Positions 1 to 12,379 of a stretch of DNA of 64,000 nt are shown here, piece by piece. The notes beneath the pieces were generated by a model, which saw only the letters and a program-made list of their open reading frames with translations, had not been told where the DNA came from and did not search any database. Both the position numbers and the translations under genes were made by a program. Source of the stretch: Mytilus californianus. Its lineage: Eukaryota. Location: contig NW_026262701.1 of NCBI RefSeq assembly GCF_021869535.1, positions 96,844,001 to 96,908,000 on the forward strand, given 5' to 3'. The stretch's first letter is position 1. Every line of letters begins with the position of its first letter.

Positions 1-70
1 GAAACATATTGATGCTACCGGAGATCAAATTGCCATATTATACTAAATACTTTCTTGTTTACAATAGCAG

Positions 71-112
71 ATGAAGTCAAAGGAAACAAAGATTGCAGAT
101 ATATTCGATTAG
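71..112 (+). CDS. Possible 42-nt internal exon of the mucin-like gene (xDEVKGNKDCRYIRL)
   Basis: Pyrimidine tract then tandem acceptor TAG/CAG (65-70). Donor TTAG|GTATTA at 112/113. Open in phase 1-1 like the downstream exons, with the same TTAG|GTA ending. Short, so it could be chance. Confidence 0.35.
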   Translation: MKSKETKIADIFD

Positions 113-609
113 GTATTAAGGACACTATTATACTTTAGATAATTTGCAAGGTCTAAGGAGGACTCGCGGGACACGAAAGGTGTCTTATTGGTCATAAATA
201 ATGTACATTTTTGCCGAATAAATCACGAAATTGTAACCTCCGGAAAATTAGTAGAATATATCCAAAATGTGTCAATAAAAGGAGGTGCACATGTTCCTTT
301 TTAACTTTTTTATACGAGCGTTAATGATGAATCTTTTTGTCGATCGTACAAAATGTCTAGCCTAGTATCTATGATGATTTTATGTTCTATGTACATGTAT
401 TTACATACATCAAGTTATGCAAAGTTTGGAAGATCTTAAAAAAGTTTTAAAAATGTGGGAGGAGCTTATTGCACTAAATGGGTACCCTCTCTTTCCGCTC
501 ACTTGCAAGTCCATCCTCCAACCGCCCGCAAAACTGACGTTCATTATATAACATAATAATACGATTTTTAATTATATGCAGCCCGTCCAACAGATTTAAA
601 CTGGAGTAA

Positions 610-1400
610 ACCTCCCTTTAAAGGGACATAAGATGTCAAATTCATGTTAATCGATGTGACTCAAATTCTCATATTTGATTTATAACATTTTAAACGTATA
701 TCCAAATTTCAAAAAGTCCAAAAACAAACAATTTACAATGCATGTACGCGTTATAATAGATCAGCGTTTCGTGTACTAAGTAATCTAGACTATACGCCTT
801 TAATTAACCATCGATGACCTCCGGAGACTACCGATGGGTATCGTCTCAATATTATCATAAATATGAATATAAATAAACATACAAGCACGTGCAATGGTAT
901 AACGACTATTGTTTTATAGATACAAGAAGATGTGGTATGAGTGCCAATGAGACAACTCTTCATCCAATTCACAATTTGTAAAATTTTATGTCTGTTTGAT
1001 TTCATGTCATTGTTTTAAAAAATATTTAAAATATAGTTTCACTTGTATTAGACTGATTTTTTTTGCGTACAGAATCAGTCAACGAAATGGATATTCCGTG
1101 TTGCTCCCTTGTTTCACTTTACAATGTTGACATTCTTTTCTTTTTAATGGCTAAACATTCGTAACCCTTCTACAGCAAGGGGTTAAATTGAAGGTCAGAT
1201 GAATACGGGTTCAAATCAGTGTATTTATTGACTTGCAAGCCAATACTACATTAGAGATGTTTTGGCTCATTTTGACAAAATAGAACCAAACTGACTGATA
1301 ATAGCGAAATATTATTTTGTAATTCCACTTTATAAATGTTTGAAATCAAAAACATCTTATCTTGATTTGTTGTCTAAATCATAGCAAATGCCTCTTACGT
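610..1400 (-). repeat. Diverged dispersed repeat, copy 1 (inverted relative to 4090-4780)
   Basis: The reverse complement aligns by eye in blocks to 4090-4780, e.g. tcaaattctcatatttgatttataac (661-686) vs gttataaatcaaatatgagaatttga (~4710-4735). A short second repeat is inserted at ~920-970. Confidence 0.7.
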
Positions 1401-2646
1401 TAAAAGATCCGTCGCTATTGATTTTGAAAATGCAAATATTTAAAATAACTTGTATATATTGTTTTAAATCATACGGGTGGGTAGGGAATGTGTTTCTCTC
1501 ACCCCGACTGCTTTCTCTCGGCTTCTCTTCTCTTTCTTCTGGATCCATTTCCTTTGTGCATCAATCTGAATCTATAATATTTATACCTCACGGAAATAAA
1601 TGTTATAGAATGATTATATTCAATTTTCGTAATAATGTTTCCTCTGTTATAAGAAACAAATATACGTTGTAATCAGCACTATGCAGTTCAAACATGAAAT
1701 TCAATTGATATGAGCTTGAATATACCTTTCGCCTATCTTATACGCAGGTAATTGAAATCTGTAAATCACATTTGTGTTAAAGTCTAATTTTTCAACCTCA
1801 GCGTCGAGTATATACCATTTCGTAACAGTCTGATAACATAGAATGTCTACCAAAGTAATTTTAGTCACGAATTATATGACACAAATTACTTAAAATAGCA
1901 TAAAAAATTAAGATCTGGAAAAAAAACGCAAAAAGGATCTAAGCTAAAAATCACAACACACAAAGACATTTATCTGAAAAGAAATGAAATTAAAGATATT
2001 AACTGTTTTGATGGATGATATCTATGGACCGTTGACTAATAATTTGTTGACTGGTTAGTTGATGCTTAATATTTAATATGGTAAGGTTATGTTGTTTGAA
2101 GAAAACAGTTCAAATATAGATGGTTTCCATTTTCATGTTAAAAATGGAAAACCAAATTTGTTCTAGCAATAATAAAATAATTACATGACATAATATAACG
2201 ATATTCGTCACCGATAACACACCCTTTCGTTCTTTGAAAAATTGCACAATTTGAGAAGTAATAAAGAAACACAACCTTCGACATACAAAAATCGAACATT
2301 TTTTTAGACACCTTTTTTTCTAAATTTGGTTAGTGTCGCTTCTTTAAAACGGATAACACATTCATAGTTATAGTCTTACCGATTTCTGCCTTGAATTAGC
2401 AGGTAAAACAAGCAAATATAAAATGTATTAACAAATACTTATAATTCTTTTTTTTGTTCTTTGTCCAATAGGAAAACACCTATGCTCCTTATTTATCCCT
2501 AAACATTAAATTGATTATGGTACCAAGGATATGTTCTGATGGTTTGAAATTAACTTACTAACATACTAATATTAACTCTTTGTGTATGTTCATTTCTAAC
2601 CATTAATAACAATGCACATACCTTGTTGGGTGAATGATCTTTTCAG

Positions 2647-3351
2647 AAACATTAACTACTGAAGCAGATACAACCGAATCCGTCAGCACAGAATATTCTA
2701 CCGTTTACGACGTAACAGATACATCTGAATCGCAGACAACACAAAACATGTTAATGATAAGTGATATTACAACAGATTTACTGAGTACGGATTACACGAC
2801 GTCTTTTGATATTTCAACGACAAATGAGCAGTCGACATTTCCTATAACATTTGAATCGACTATTGCAACAGATGAACTGACAACAGAATACCAATACACC
2901 ACAATGAGTCAATCCATGACAACAAATATTTTCGAAATATCTACGGAACAATATGCAACAACACAAGAGGAATCAACAACACAAAATGACGCAACAGCTC
3001 AGGAATTCACAACACAAAATGAAGTTACAACACGTGAAGAATCAACGACATTACAGCAGGTTACAACAAGCGAAGAATCAACTACAAAAGAGATGCAAAA
3101 TGAAGCTACAACTCGAGAGGAATTAACAACACAAAATGAAGCTTCAACTCAAAAGGACCAAACAACACATTATAAATTGACAACAGTAGAGGAATCAACA
3201 ACAACAGAGGAAGCAACAACACATGATGAAACAACAACAAGAGATGAAACAACAACACAATGTCTATTAGACCCAAAAGTTACCACAAGCAATGACGTAA
3301 CTCTAAAAATAACTACAGCCAATATAATATATAGAAGCACAAATAGTTTAG
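2647..3351 (+). CDS. Mucin-like membrane protein, large Thr/Glu/Ser-rich exon (235 codons)
   Basis: Acceptor tttcag at 2641-2646 and donor TTAG|GTACTT at 3351/3352; phase 1-1. Lies within ORF 2634-3446, with strong Thr bias and TTxEE/TTQNE repeats. Confidence 0.85.
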
Positions 3352-4089
3352 GTACTTTTATTTTCATGTTGATGTATGACATGTATGAAACTATATTTAA
3401 CGAGTCTCTTTTCTGCAAGGCATTGGTGACGCTAGTTCTTTTATAGTTAGCATATGCATGTAGCCTTTTATCTTGCATTTTCATGTTCTCTTCATTCTGG
3501 AATGTGTAAACGGGTTAATGTTAAAAAAAAGAATGATGAACATAAATTCAGATTTTTACCCAAATATTTTTTAAAAGAAAGCAACTCAATTTTCTTCTCC
3601 CGTACAAAGAAATTCGAGCTATAAATGGTTGTAAATGGTTCGGGTTTTTTTTTGTCGAATAGAAATCTCGCAAAACCTTCTTATTGAGTATTCGTTTTTC
3701 AGTTGATACTGCGTTTCCTACAAAGACTAACAGAATGTAAGAGTTCTTATTTGCAAAGTCTAAGTCGCCATCATATAAATTGCTTGATCTTACGGAAATA
3801 TCTGTCACTGCTTACATTAGTTTACATAGTTTTAAGTTAGGGTTTAGATTAATCAATCTAATAGTGTATATATGTAATATTTTGTTGACCAGTAGCTGAT
3901 ATTTATTTTCATTTTGGTTTGTTTTGGCCATCTTAGGGTTTTATTTTCAAATACCACGTGCATGATTTTTTTTTCTCTAACCAACATTTGCAAAATTTTG
4001 TACAATGAATTTCCTTTTGATTCCAAATTTTCGGCTTCAAAATCAAGTTAAAACCAATTCAGATGACTACAAAAGTAACGTAGATTTGT

Positions 4090-4780
4090 TAAATGGGCAT
4101 TAGCTACGAGATATAGAAAAAAAAATAAAATATGAAAAATCATTAATGAAAGTGAAATAGTGATATAATAATTCGCTTTTAGCAGCCAGTTTGGTTCAGT
4201 TTTGTCAAAATAAGCAAAGAAACATCGCTAATGAATTATTCACTTGCAAGTGAATAATTCGACCTCATTAAATCCGTATTCATGTGAACTTCAACTAAAC
4301 CCCTTAGCTAGAGATGGGTAACGCATGAACTAGGCGTGTTCAGCTATAAAAGAAAAGAATGTCAACATTGGAAGTGAAACAAGGGCAAACCATTTGATTG
4401 ACTGATTCGATCTTCAAAAATTCATTCTTATACAGGTAAAAACGATTATTAACATATGTTTTAAACCTATAATATGAAATCAAACAGACCTAGAAAAATC
4501 CAATTGCACCAGTTCGCTATCTATTCATATCTATGTTTATGTTTATATCGGGTTATATGACCGTCGGCAGTCTTCGGAGGTCACCTCAATGGTTAATTAG
4601 ATGGCGTCTAGACTAAAGTATACACGAAATGCTGATACATATTATCGTGTTAATGCATCGCAAATTGTTTATTTAGACTTTTTGTAATTTGGATATACGT
4701 TTTAGTATGTTATAAATCAAATATGAGAATTTGAGTCAAATCGGTGAAGATGAATTTGACAGCTAATGCCCCTATAAACT
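4090..4780 (+). repeat. Diverged dispersed repeat, copy 2 (inverted relative to 610-1400)
   Basis: Shared blocks such as aaagaaaagaatgtcaacattg and cagtttggttc..ttttgtcaaaat. Boundaries are approximate. Confidence 0.7.
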
Positions 4781-5177
4781 GAGTGTTGCTACAGTTCGCA
4801 TACCTATTTTGCAATATAAGAAAATACTTTAAATAACTGTTTCCGTGTGAAATTCGTAGGACATCCGTTTTCTAATGATGAACGTATTCAAACATCATAT
4901 TTAACGTTTTTTGCGGCAAATTGCATAACAAAAAAAATGTTTTCATCATTTAGTATTATTTTTGTAGAATCTTGACAAATTCCTCTCTTTAAAATTATTT
5001 ACAATCGTTCAAAATGTCAAAATGTATTGTTCTGAAATTGGGAAAGTAAGTTAATCAATGTAATGTTTTGAACCAAGAATTAACGTGAATTAGTAATATA
5101 GTTTGAACAGAATATGATAATTTTAATAAGTACTGATATCATTCTAAATTCCTATTCTATATTTTTCTACCAGAGTG

Positions 5178-5179
<2 letters not shown>

Positions 5180-5217
<38 letters not shown>
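5180..5217. repeat. (TC)n microsatellite
   Basis: Perfect TC dinucleotide run. Confidence 0.95.
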
Positions 5218-5223
<6 letters not shown>

Positions 5224-5431
5224 ATGATTGAATGTTTAATTCAATATTTGAAATTTACAGGATTTTCCGCGTTGTGTCATTGTTTTATTAAGTAATTGTT
5301 CGTAAATGGATATTTAAAGAAAATACTTATTGAGTGATGCCGTTTTGTATCAACAACTATGTTTTCATCTTTATTCAATGATCTCAGCATATATTTATGT
5401 TGCTGCACAAAGACATTTAGAAAAAGAAATG

Positions 5432-7040
5432 TTATTATTTTTAAGTCTCCCAAACGAAGTTTGGGAAGACTCATTGTTCTTCTTCTTCTTCTTTCTTCTT
5501 CTTCTTCTTCTTCTTCTTCTTCTTCTTCTTCTTCTTCTTCTTCTTCTTCTTCCGCCGCTTTTAAATTTGAACTTGTCCGCACCCGTTCTCCAAAACCGCT
5601 TGTCCGATTAACTTAGGGTTCCACAATATGTTAGACTAACATGTCTAGTGGTGCAATCAGGGTTTTGTTTGTGCAATGGGGTTTATAAAGGGGTACTTTG
5701 AGGGGCAAAAAGAAAAGAGGGCTTTACTATAGAACCCTATGGGATTTAATTTTTTTAAATTTTCAAATGATTATAAATTGAAAACCGTTTGTGATAAACA
5801 CAATCTTTTTAATTGAAAATGTTCTTAATGATAAAACCCATTAAATGAGATACAGGGTTAGTCCCCAGGGGTCACCCCCACCCCCTGCCATTTAAGAAAG
5901 TTCTAATACCTTGTAAGTGGTCAAGATCCCCACCCCTAAACCATATATATTTTGGTTTGTCATGCTAAGATGGTTTGAATGATATACAGGGTTAGTCCCC
6001 AGGGGTCATCCCGACGCCCTGCTATTTGAAAAGTTCTAATATCTTGTAAATGGACGAGATCCCCACCCCTAAACCATATATATTCTGGTTTGTCATGATA
6101 AAGCACATCAAATGTAATGCAGGGTTAGTCCCCAGGAGTCACCCCCACCCCATGCCATTTAAGAAAGTTCTAATATCTTGTAAGTGGTCAAGATCCCCAC
6201 CCCTAAACCATATATATTCTGGTTTGTCATGCTAAGATGGTTTGAATGATATACAGGGTTAGTCCCCAGGGGTCATCCCGACCCCCTGCCATTTGAGAAA
6301 GTTCTAATATCTTGTAAATGGTCGAGATCCCCACCCCTAAACCATATATATTCTGGTTTGTCATGATAAAGCACATCAAATGAAATACAGGGTTAATCCC
6401 CAGGGGTCACCCCCACCCCATGCCATTTAAAAAAGTTCTAATATCTTGTAAGTGGTCAAGATCCCCATCCCTAAACCATATATATTCTGGTTTGTCATGC
6501 TAAGATGGTTTGAATGATATACAGGGTTAGTCCCCAGGGGTCAACCCGACCCCCTGCCTTTTGAGAAAGTTCTAATATCTTGTAAATGGTCGAGATCCTC
6601 ACCCCTAAACCATATATATTCTGGTTTGTCATGATAAGGCACATCAAATGAAATACAGGGTTAGTCCCCAGGCGTCACCCCCACCCCCTGCCATTTAAGA
6701 AAGTTCTAATATCTTGTAAGTGGTCAAGATCCCCACCCCTAAACCATATATATTCTGGTTTGTCATGCTAAGATGGTTTGAATGATATACAGGGTTAGTC
6801 CCCAGGGGTCATCCCGACCCCCTGCCATTTGAGAAAGTTCTAATATCTTGTAAATTGTTGAGATCCCTACCCCTAAACCATATATATTCCTATTTGTCAT
6901 GTCTCGAACATTTGAATGACTGGACCAAACCAATTTTCACTGGACGTTGCCCAATGTCAGGCGACCCTGGGAATTACGAATTATGGGAGCTTCGTTTGGG
7001 AGACTTCGTAACAGCATCCTGTTACAATCATTTCTTGTTT
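5432..7040 (+). mobile_element. Non-autonomous Helentron-associated (HINE/DINE-like) element with TTC microsatellite and 134-bp tandem array
   Basis: Perfect 17-bp subterminal inverted repeat AAGTCTCCCAAACGAAG (5443-5459) / CTTCGTTTGGGAGACTT (6990-7006). 5' hairpin CCCAAAC-GAA-GTTTGGG, (TTC)n at 5477-5552, and 3' hairpin GTAACAG-CATC-CTGTTAC (7008-7025). T-rich flanks. Confidence 0.85.
5851..6905 (+). repeat. Tandem array of ~8 x 134-bp monomers alternating A/B (268-bp dimer)
   Basis: The motif T(A/G)CAGGGTTA recurs at 5851, 5985, 6118, 6252, 6386, 6520, 6654 and 6788. Confidence 0.95.
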
Positions 7041-8423
7041 TATTTGAAATTATATGAGTATGAATGTTAACGACTAATGTGCATTTATAATTCAATATAT
7101 CACTATCAATTCACTCTTTGTCATCATTTTATCTTGAAAGGTGTCTGGGATAGTTGTCTAGTTAAACGTCGTTTCACTTCTGATTTTGTGTTTTCCGGTT
7201 CCATGTCCGTTTAGCAAAATTTGACTACGTGCTTGCTTTCTTCTAATATTATACTAAATGTATCCTTTTCAATAGCAGTATGGTTATTTCCAACACCTTT
7301 TTCAGTGCACATTATGGTATTCTTTAACAGCATATAATAGGTTTCACACACGGGACAAGGAGGTTACATGTTCGGGAACCCATACCGCCAGTTTCCACGA
7401 GTCTGCATTACTTAAGTGTTGTTTTTCGTACGCGCATATCACTTTTTAAAATTTATTTGTGTTGTAAACTTTGTCTTTTTGGAGTTTATGTCCTTTAGGT
7501 TTACAATTTTTTTCTAGTGCGACAGACCCGTTCCGGTACTTTTCTTTTTAACCTTCAAAGAAACAAAAATCTTTTATCTAAAATCAACAATCATAGGAAC
7601 GAATTTTGGTAGATTAGTTACCAAAATTTGTAGCCCAGCACAAAAAAATCTCAAAAGTGGTGTACTTTTGTATGTACATTTATTCTTAAAAAAGTAAATA
7701 TTTTAAGGGAAATCTATAGATATGCATTAAGACGGTTTGGTGAAAATATCTTTTTATCGTCAACCTGTTACGGTAAAAAAATCTTTAAAATTTGCTGCCG
7801 CAACTTTATGGAACAGCTTCCAAACCATTTGAGGACTGAAAATAGTTTTTCACATTTTAAAAGTCTTGTTCAGTCCTGGAACGGTTTGGAATGTCGCTGT
7901 ACTGCATGTAGATAACTCTTGAGCTGTTTATTATTTATGTTGCTTTTTGTTTGCTTTGGACTAGTATTGATGTATTTCTTTAAGAATTTTTTATTTATTT
8001 AAATTTTTATTTCTGACAAGTATTTCCAGAAATTGGGTAATCAAGCATGTTGAAAATATTCTGTTCTTTGAAATTTCTAGATCTCAAAGCATATACTATA
8101 GTTCTAAACTTTTTTATTTGATTTTTATAAAAGTAATCTATTTATTTAAATAGTTACCATATTTTTAATCTAAATTTTAAACTTTTATATAGGTAAAAAA
8201 GGTTTTAAGTCATCCTGAATTTGTTGCTTAATTTTTATTGCATGCTATGTGTGTGAGATTCAACTTTGTATTACAGGTTGTTTTATATCTTAAACTGCTT
8301 TTATGTTATGTATATGTTTTTATATTGGGTCAAAAGCTCCTTAGAGCTTGTGTTGTATATCTAACTTATGCCGATTCAAAATAATTTGTTCTTATCTTAT
8401 CTTATCTTATCTACTTTTTTCAG

Positions 8424-8678
8424 AGGCGCAAACCACAGAAGCAACAACCGCATTGGTTAAAACAACAACTGAAACAACAACAGCAGACAAAATGACAACT
8501 GAAACAACAGACAACAAAGAAATAACAACAGAGACGTCAACGATCACAACTACTAGTCAAAACACTACACCAAAAGAAGAAACAACAACAAGTGAAAGAA
8601 CAACTAAATATGACACAACTACAGTTGTTATGACAACGAAAGAATCTACAGTTGAGGATACCACTACTACTCATTTAG
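8424..8678 (+). CDS. Mucin-like membrane protein, second Thr-rich exon (85 codons)
   Basis: Acceptor ttttttcag ending 8423 and donor TTAG|GTATTT at 8678/8679; phase 1-1. Translation EAQTTEATTALVKTTTETTT... Confidence 0.85.
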
Positions 8679-9119
8679 GTATTTTTGAAATTGTGTCTAA
8701 TGCCGAATAATGTGTTTAGTTTCTTCAAAATTATTTACGCTGCGTTTATCCTGTTTTTTTTTTATCAGAAAGGTTTTTTTAAAGAATTTTATGGTTTGGA
8801 GCTTTGCTAAATGATATCTATTTGTAGCAAGAAACGTGAAGCAAAGATGCATTTTTTGACAATACTATAACCTAAAGTAGAATGATCAGATGAGCTAAGT
8901 CAGAAACACATTGAAGACAACACAGATAACGAGATAAAAGTTAAACGTATACGATCAAACAAGTAACAAAAGATATTTGGGTGTTCGAATGACATTAAAA
9001 AAACTAGAGTTTTGGCAGTATAATATCAAAATAGGGGAAAAAATACATCGGGTAAAAGGACTGGTACGCATGCATTAATTTGCATGAAACACTAGTGTTA
9101 TTGTTCCAGAAGAAGGAAA

Positions 9120-9582
9120 TAAATAGCTGTGACACGAGTGCATGATACGCCCGTCGTCTTGTGTGTGAGGTTTTATGCAATAATCACAAATCGTTTTTGA
9201 GATACGGCGCGACATGTGACCCCCCCCCCCCCCTTTGTTTTTACAAAAAACTCAATAACTCTAAAATAAAATTTTGAATCATCACCGCAATAATCATAAA
9301 TCGTTTTTGAGATACGGCGCGACATGTGAAAAAAAACACCCCCCTGTTTTAGTTACAAAGTCCCGTAACTCAAAAAGTTTTAATCTTATTTTTACCAAAA
9401 AGTATACAGATCGTTTGACCATCATAAGATGACCATCATAAGAAACAACTATGTTAAGTTTTATGAAATTTGGATAAGTCGTTCTCAAGTTACGGTGCGA
9501 CATGTGGACGCCGGACAGACGGACTCCGGACATTTGTATACCATAATACGTCCCGTCAAGATTTTGACGCGCTTATAAAAAC
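9120..9582 (-). mobile_element. Short HINE/DINE-like element in reverse orientation
   Basis: The minus strand begins TTTTATAAGCGCGTCAAAATCTTGACG (hairpin) followed by a GTCY microsatellite. Internal duplicated block (aatc..aaatcgtttttgagatacggcgcgacatgtga twice). subTIR-like ATACGCCCGTC at ~9145-9155. Confidence 0.6.
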
Positions 9583-9901
9583 ATGTTAGAATAGAAAGGT
9601 ATTGCTTTTAAGTAACTCTGAAAATAATTAGTTAGATAAAAGAAATAATTAATTTCGGTAAAAATTATTAACAGGCAATCCATATAAGTTGAGTTATTAT
9701 CAATAAGTATTTTATTTAAATTTTGGATTGGACAGGTTTTTTCTTATCTTGTAAAACAACCAATTTATCTATGACATCAATTTGAATAAGTAAATGCCAA
9801 ACAATCTACTTTTGTAAATTTAAACAAATTTGAAGTATATTCATACGAGTTCTTGACTGAAGATTATACCCTGTAGTGATAATTCTATTTTGATATTGTA
9901 G

Positions 9902-10203
9902 TGTCCACGTTACCAGTTACTTCTGCACCTTCGTCGCCTGTGATATCTTTGTCGACACCATCGGATAACTCTTCATCCACAGACGCTATCCGGGTTGCAG
10001 CCACATCTAATAATAATACAGGGGCTATAGTAGGTGTCATTATTGGTGCCATAGTCGCTATAGCAGCATCTGTTTTTGTTTTGAAATATTTATTGGCGAG
10101 ACAAAAGAGGGGAAAATTTGAAGCAGACAATAAAATATCTCCGATGGAAACAAATGGAACAACAGGAAGCATGTCACCATCGTCTACACAACAAGTTGTT
10201 TGA
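9902..10203 (+). CDS. Mucin-like membrane protein, last coding exon: S/T/P stalk, TM helix, short cytoplasmic tail
   Basis: Acceptor AG at 9900-9901 in phase 1. TM GAIVGVIIGAIVAIAASVFVLKYLL followed by basic stop-transfer RQKR. Stop TGA at 10201-10203. AATAAA at 10536-10541. Confidence 0.85.
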
Positions 10204-12359
10204 ATTTCAATGTTATCTTCTTTTTGTAATGTGTTGGCAAACATAAATTGGTGCATAATAGGTTTAGGTACATGGAATGTGTAAATCGAAACATTTGTTT
10301 CATTTTTTTTTTTGGAATACTAATGGTTTTGTTCTTTGTTTTACTTTCCTTCTGTATTTCTTTTTCTTAATTACGTCTTTAGTAATCCATCAAACAGTGT
10401 TTACGTGTGGTCTTTTCACATACATTGTCAACGAAAATAACAAAGTAAAATCTAAATCAAGTGCTTTATTTTACAGTTTGATTGGGCTTAACTAAACAAG
10501 GTGATTCAAATTATGTACAATAAGTTTTATTTTGAAATAAAAGTAAAGAGAGCAGTGGACTGTTCCCTAAAGATACTAACTTTATGACTGAGACTGTTAT
10601 AACATTAAAGGTACACTTTTTACTTCACCAGATTAGCATGTTGACAATAAATGTCTCTTCGGTGATACTATAGGCCAACGTACTTGAAATTCCAAAACTT
10701 ATCCTAGGTTGGAAACCCCCTTTTAAAAATGACTGGATACGCCCCTGGTGTCTGTGGTATTGTGTTTTTATTTTACAAATGAGAATAATAATTGATCTAT
10801 TTCGATTTTTTTTGTACGGCTTTTTCTTTTCCTTTAAAAAAAAACATCTTGATTTTGTGTTAAAGGGTGTTTTTTTTTATGGCAATACGAAATGAACAGA
10901 CTTTCTTCAATATGCAATAAAAAAGGCAATTTTATAAAGTAGTTTTTTATCTCTGCATTAAAGAACCTAACTTCAGACATAAAGGATAGTCAATAGAATT
11001 TTAAAAAAGAGGCGAAAGATACCAAAAGGATATCCAAACTCATAGTCGAAAATAATCTGACAATACCATGGCAAAAAAACGAAAAACGACGAAACGTCTG
11101 TCTGAAAACAAAATTCTAAGTACCCACGATAATTCAAACCATTTTATTTTTGGCTTCTCTCTGTCCAAATAGATAATACACCTCTCACCCCAAATAAACG
11201 TTTACGCAATGCGGTACAAAGGAATTTTTAACTGATTTAATGAGTATTAAAGGGTGTTTAAAATCAAAACTAAAGTGGATATACTCTTGAAGCTCTATAT
11301 CAATCTATGATTCAGAGGTATGAGTCGGAATTGACTGATTTCAAAATCATTTACCACGTATACCCAGCTCATGTATAGTTTGATACGCCAAAAACTTTCC
11401 CGATGTTTCTTAGTGTGTGTATCAAAAGAGACATATTTCAACATAACATTCTGCTATATGTATAGAAAGTTCTGTCAGATAAATATATGTCTTTAAAGCA
11501 GTAATGAGTTTTATTCAAATGCTCAGGAAGTAGTTTTGTTCTTCGATTTATCGAGCATTGAATCTGTTTATCTCATTATATAAATATTCCATTATTTGTG
11601 CAATTGAACTCAATTTCAGATTGCAACTCCAGTAATAAAAGTTGACCGTAACATTTTAGCTTTTTTGTTAAAGCCCGTTTTAGTTTTAATGCTACAGAAT
11701 TTTGAAAAGTCATCAGTTATCTGCCAGGGTTGGATCAAGGTGTTACAAGAGGAACCGCTCCTCTTATGACCGAATTCATTTCAATTTTAGTTTCTTTTCT
11801 TGTTTTTTTACTGCCTCCTTGATAGGAAACTTGTTCCTTAAAGATCTTTGATCCGCTAATGTTCAATTTCCATCAAAACTAATATGATTTATGAGCTATT
11901 TGAAAACCAAATACTTATGTTTACCTAATTTGTTGAATTGATTTTCTATGCTATAGTGCCTTTGTATTACTAGTATTTAATGCTTTATAAAATGATATTA
12001 GATTGATATTTATTGCACGGGATGGGGGTCTCAACATACAAATTTGGGTACAGACGTCCCCCCCCCTCCAATCATATATTGATTTACGGGAAAATCCCTA
12101 GCCATTCATATATTTCATATGGGAATCACAACCCGTTTATATATATTTCCCAGCTATTAATACATCTTATTTAGATAAAATTATCAGAATATAGTTTTCA
12201 CAGATGCTAGAAACATGTATGACCCGACCCATTGACATGTAACTTCCTACCCATTGATATATGACCTCAAGGAAATTGCACCCCATTGATATATTTGAGT
12301 CCAAAAAAGAGACCCATACCAGCGGCACGTCTGTGTGAACCTGTATATAGGAAGAGACA

Positions 12360-12379
12360 CCCCCCCCCCCCCCCCCCCC
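12360..12379. repeat. Poly-C homopolymer (20 nt)
   Basis: Direct reading. Confidence 0.9.

Noticed and set aside
3170-3484. Antisense ORFs over real exons (also 9885-10256, 32003-32333, 38569-38868, 50452-51196)
   Set aside because: Shadow frames caused by biased codon use on the coding strand; no independent domains or splice signals.
5277-5616. Three overlapping ORFs with poly-Glu, poly-Leu and poly-Ser tracts
   Set aside because: All are translations of the (TTC)n microsatellite inside the HINE and have no splice or domain support.
5851-6905. Regular repeat arrays (also 30364-31300 and 63170-64000) that might suggest CRISPR
   Set aside because: The monomers are contiguous with no unique spacers, there are no cas genes, the context is eukaryotic, and two of the arrays lie inside Helentron-type ends.
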